From positions 2,520,001-2,552,000 of the forward strand of contig NC_002677.1 of NCBI RefSeq assembly GCF_000195855.1: a stretch of 32,000 nucleotides of DNA, read 5' to 3'. Position 1 is the first letter of the stretch. Every line of letters begins with the position of its first letter. Position numbers and translations under genes: made by a program. The stretch comes from Mycobacterium leprae TN. GTDB lineage: Bacteria > Actinomycetota > Actinomycetes > Mycobacteriales > Mycobacteriaceae. Positions 30,850 through 32,000 of the stretch are shown one piece after another. Below the pieces are notes generated by a model. The model was not told where the DNA came from. It did not search any database and worked only from the letters and a program-made list of their open reading frames with translations.

Positions 30850-32000
30850 TACCGGGGTCGACAGACTTGAAACACCGCCATCGGCCTCAGACATCAGCAG
30901 CTAGTCAGCCACCAAACACAGTCGCGAAGAACTGGGCTTCAGCCTCGGCGATTTCGGTGTGGATTGCGTGGCAGTCCACACTCAGAGCATCGATGTATGC
31001 TTCGGGAAACTCGTTGCTTCTCCCTGGGTGCACTCATCGCCGAAAACCTCGTGGTCGACATCGCTGGGTAGGACGTTGAACTTGGCGCAGGAAAATGTTG
31101 GAGGCAGCGAATTCGGTCTTCCGCTTGGAGGATAATTGGTGTCATAGGCACAGACAGTGCTATAGTCGGGCAGTCTCAACTGATGCAATCCAGCCTCGTC
31201 CATACCTAAGTTCTGGAGAACACCGGGAGCCATCACAAAAAAACTACTTTGATTCGTGGGTCTGTGACGTCAAAAGCTGGGGCGGCGTCCAGCGGTAGCT
31301 GGTCTCGAATGTCTGCTGGGATCGCTAAATGGTTTTTCACGCCCTACTGGAAGGCCAGGAATTGCTCAGTGTTGACTCGCGTACCGCCGATCCACAGCGA
31401 CGTGAATCCCCCTACGAGTGCCCGGCCACTCCAATCCTTTTGTAGTCCTTTTGTAGTCCACCAATGTACCTCTAAACTGATTTGCCAACAAAGAAATTCG
31501 CGGTAAAGGTCAAGTCCTTTGTCCGCTGACAAAGTTTGCTAGTTAGGTAATCCATGATCGAGTGATAAGTGTTGGCACGGTAATGATTGATTGCAGCCAC
31601 CACGTACCCACGACTGGCCAGTGCCTAAGAACACCACACGTACTGCATGCCCGTTATTTCCGCGGCCATACGAGAACCAGATCAGCGAATTCCGGTAACC
31701 GTCGAGCACCGGCGGCAATTCGCGGTAGAAGTCCAGTTTGGTGAAAACGGCATCTGGAATGGAACGGCTTGTCCGATGGATCTGGGCCCTGAGTCGGGAA
31801 AAAACGTTCAATACCCGGTGCCACACACACTCTGAGGATTGCTCTCGTCGATGAAACTGACCTGTCGGAGGCCAACTCGGTACGTTGACGCCACCCGGGT
31901 GTCCTCGGGCACAAGAAGTCAAGGCACCCTAGGAGAGGAAGCCAGCCACAATGAGAAAGACGACGCTGCGCAGCGCTGCCTTCAAGCTAATCAACCCACT
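30850..32000 (-). pseudogene. Lipoprotein-type alpha/beta-hydrolase (COG4188 / PAF-acetylhydrolase-like) pseudogene. The 5' end may lie beyond the window.
   Basis: The minus strand carries a signal-peptide-like LRSVVFLIVAGFLS*GALTSC (a lipobox-like LTSC with an in-frame stop). Further fragments read NSLIWFSYGRGNNG, then in another frame ALASRGYVVAAINHYRAN, then RIGVAGHS*GD (a GHSxG nucleophile elbow carrying a stop), and the C-terminal DVDHEVFGDEC. The family call is from motif memory only. Confidence 0.5.
31435..31459. repeat. 11-bp tandem duplication (TCCTTTTGTAG x2 plus a partial third copy) inside the hydrolase pseudogene
   Basis: Read directly: positions 31435-31445 equal 31446-31456, followed by TCC. 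The length is not a multiple of 3. Confidence 0.9.

Overview
This window reads as a reductively evolved mycobacterial chromosome of the Mycobacterium leprae / M. lepromatosis type. The identification comes from my reading of the translated ORFs and recalled M. tuberculosis (Mtb) protein sequences. No search was run. Gene order follows the Mtb Rv0904c-to-Rv0873 segment in inverted orientation. About 13 genes look intact: prrA, prrB, gltA2, pdxH, fprB, an Rv0885-like diiron oxygenase, serC, a SepH/Rv0883c-like gene, an Rv0880-like MarR gene, a small membrane protein, an Rv0877-like gene, an Rv0876c-like MFS gene and an Rv0875c-like gene. They sit among at least 17 recognisable pseudogenes whose homology hops between reading frames: accD3, a DUF559-like gene, a TetR gene, an FAD dehydrogenase, arfA/ompATb, arfC, an Rv0897c-like oxidoreductase, a PE5/PPE4-like pair, citA, a VOC/glyoxalase gene, an Rv0882-like gene, a SpoU methyltransferase, a YqjG-type GST, an amino-acid permease, fadE10 and a lipoprotein alpha/beta-hydrolase. 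I found no rRNA, tRNA, CRISPR array, transposase, prophage or defence-system genes. The best candidate for an uncharacterised functional system is the tightly linked diiron-oxygenase plus ferredoxin-fused reductase (fprB) operon, which survives amid heavy gene decay and has a perfect palindrome over its putative promoter. Other points of interest are uneven decay within operons (arfABC, MarR/SpoU), a decayed ESX-3-type PE/PPE pair, short tandem duplications that act as gene-killing lesions, and a 5.8 kb stretch with no intact gene.
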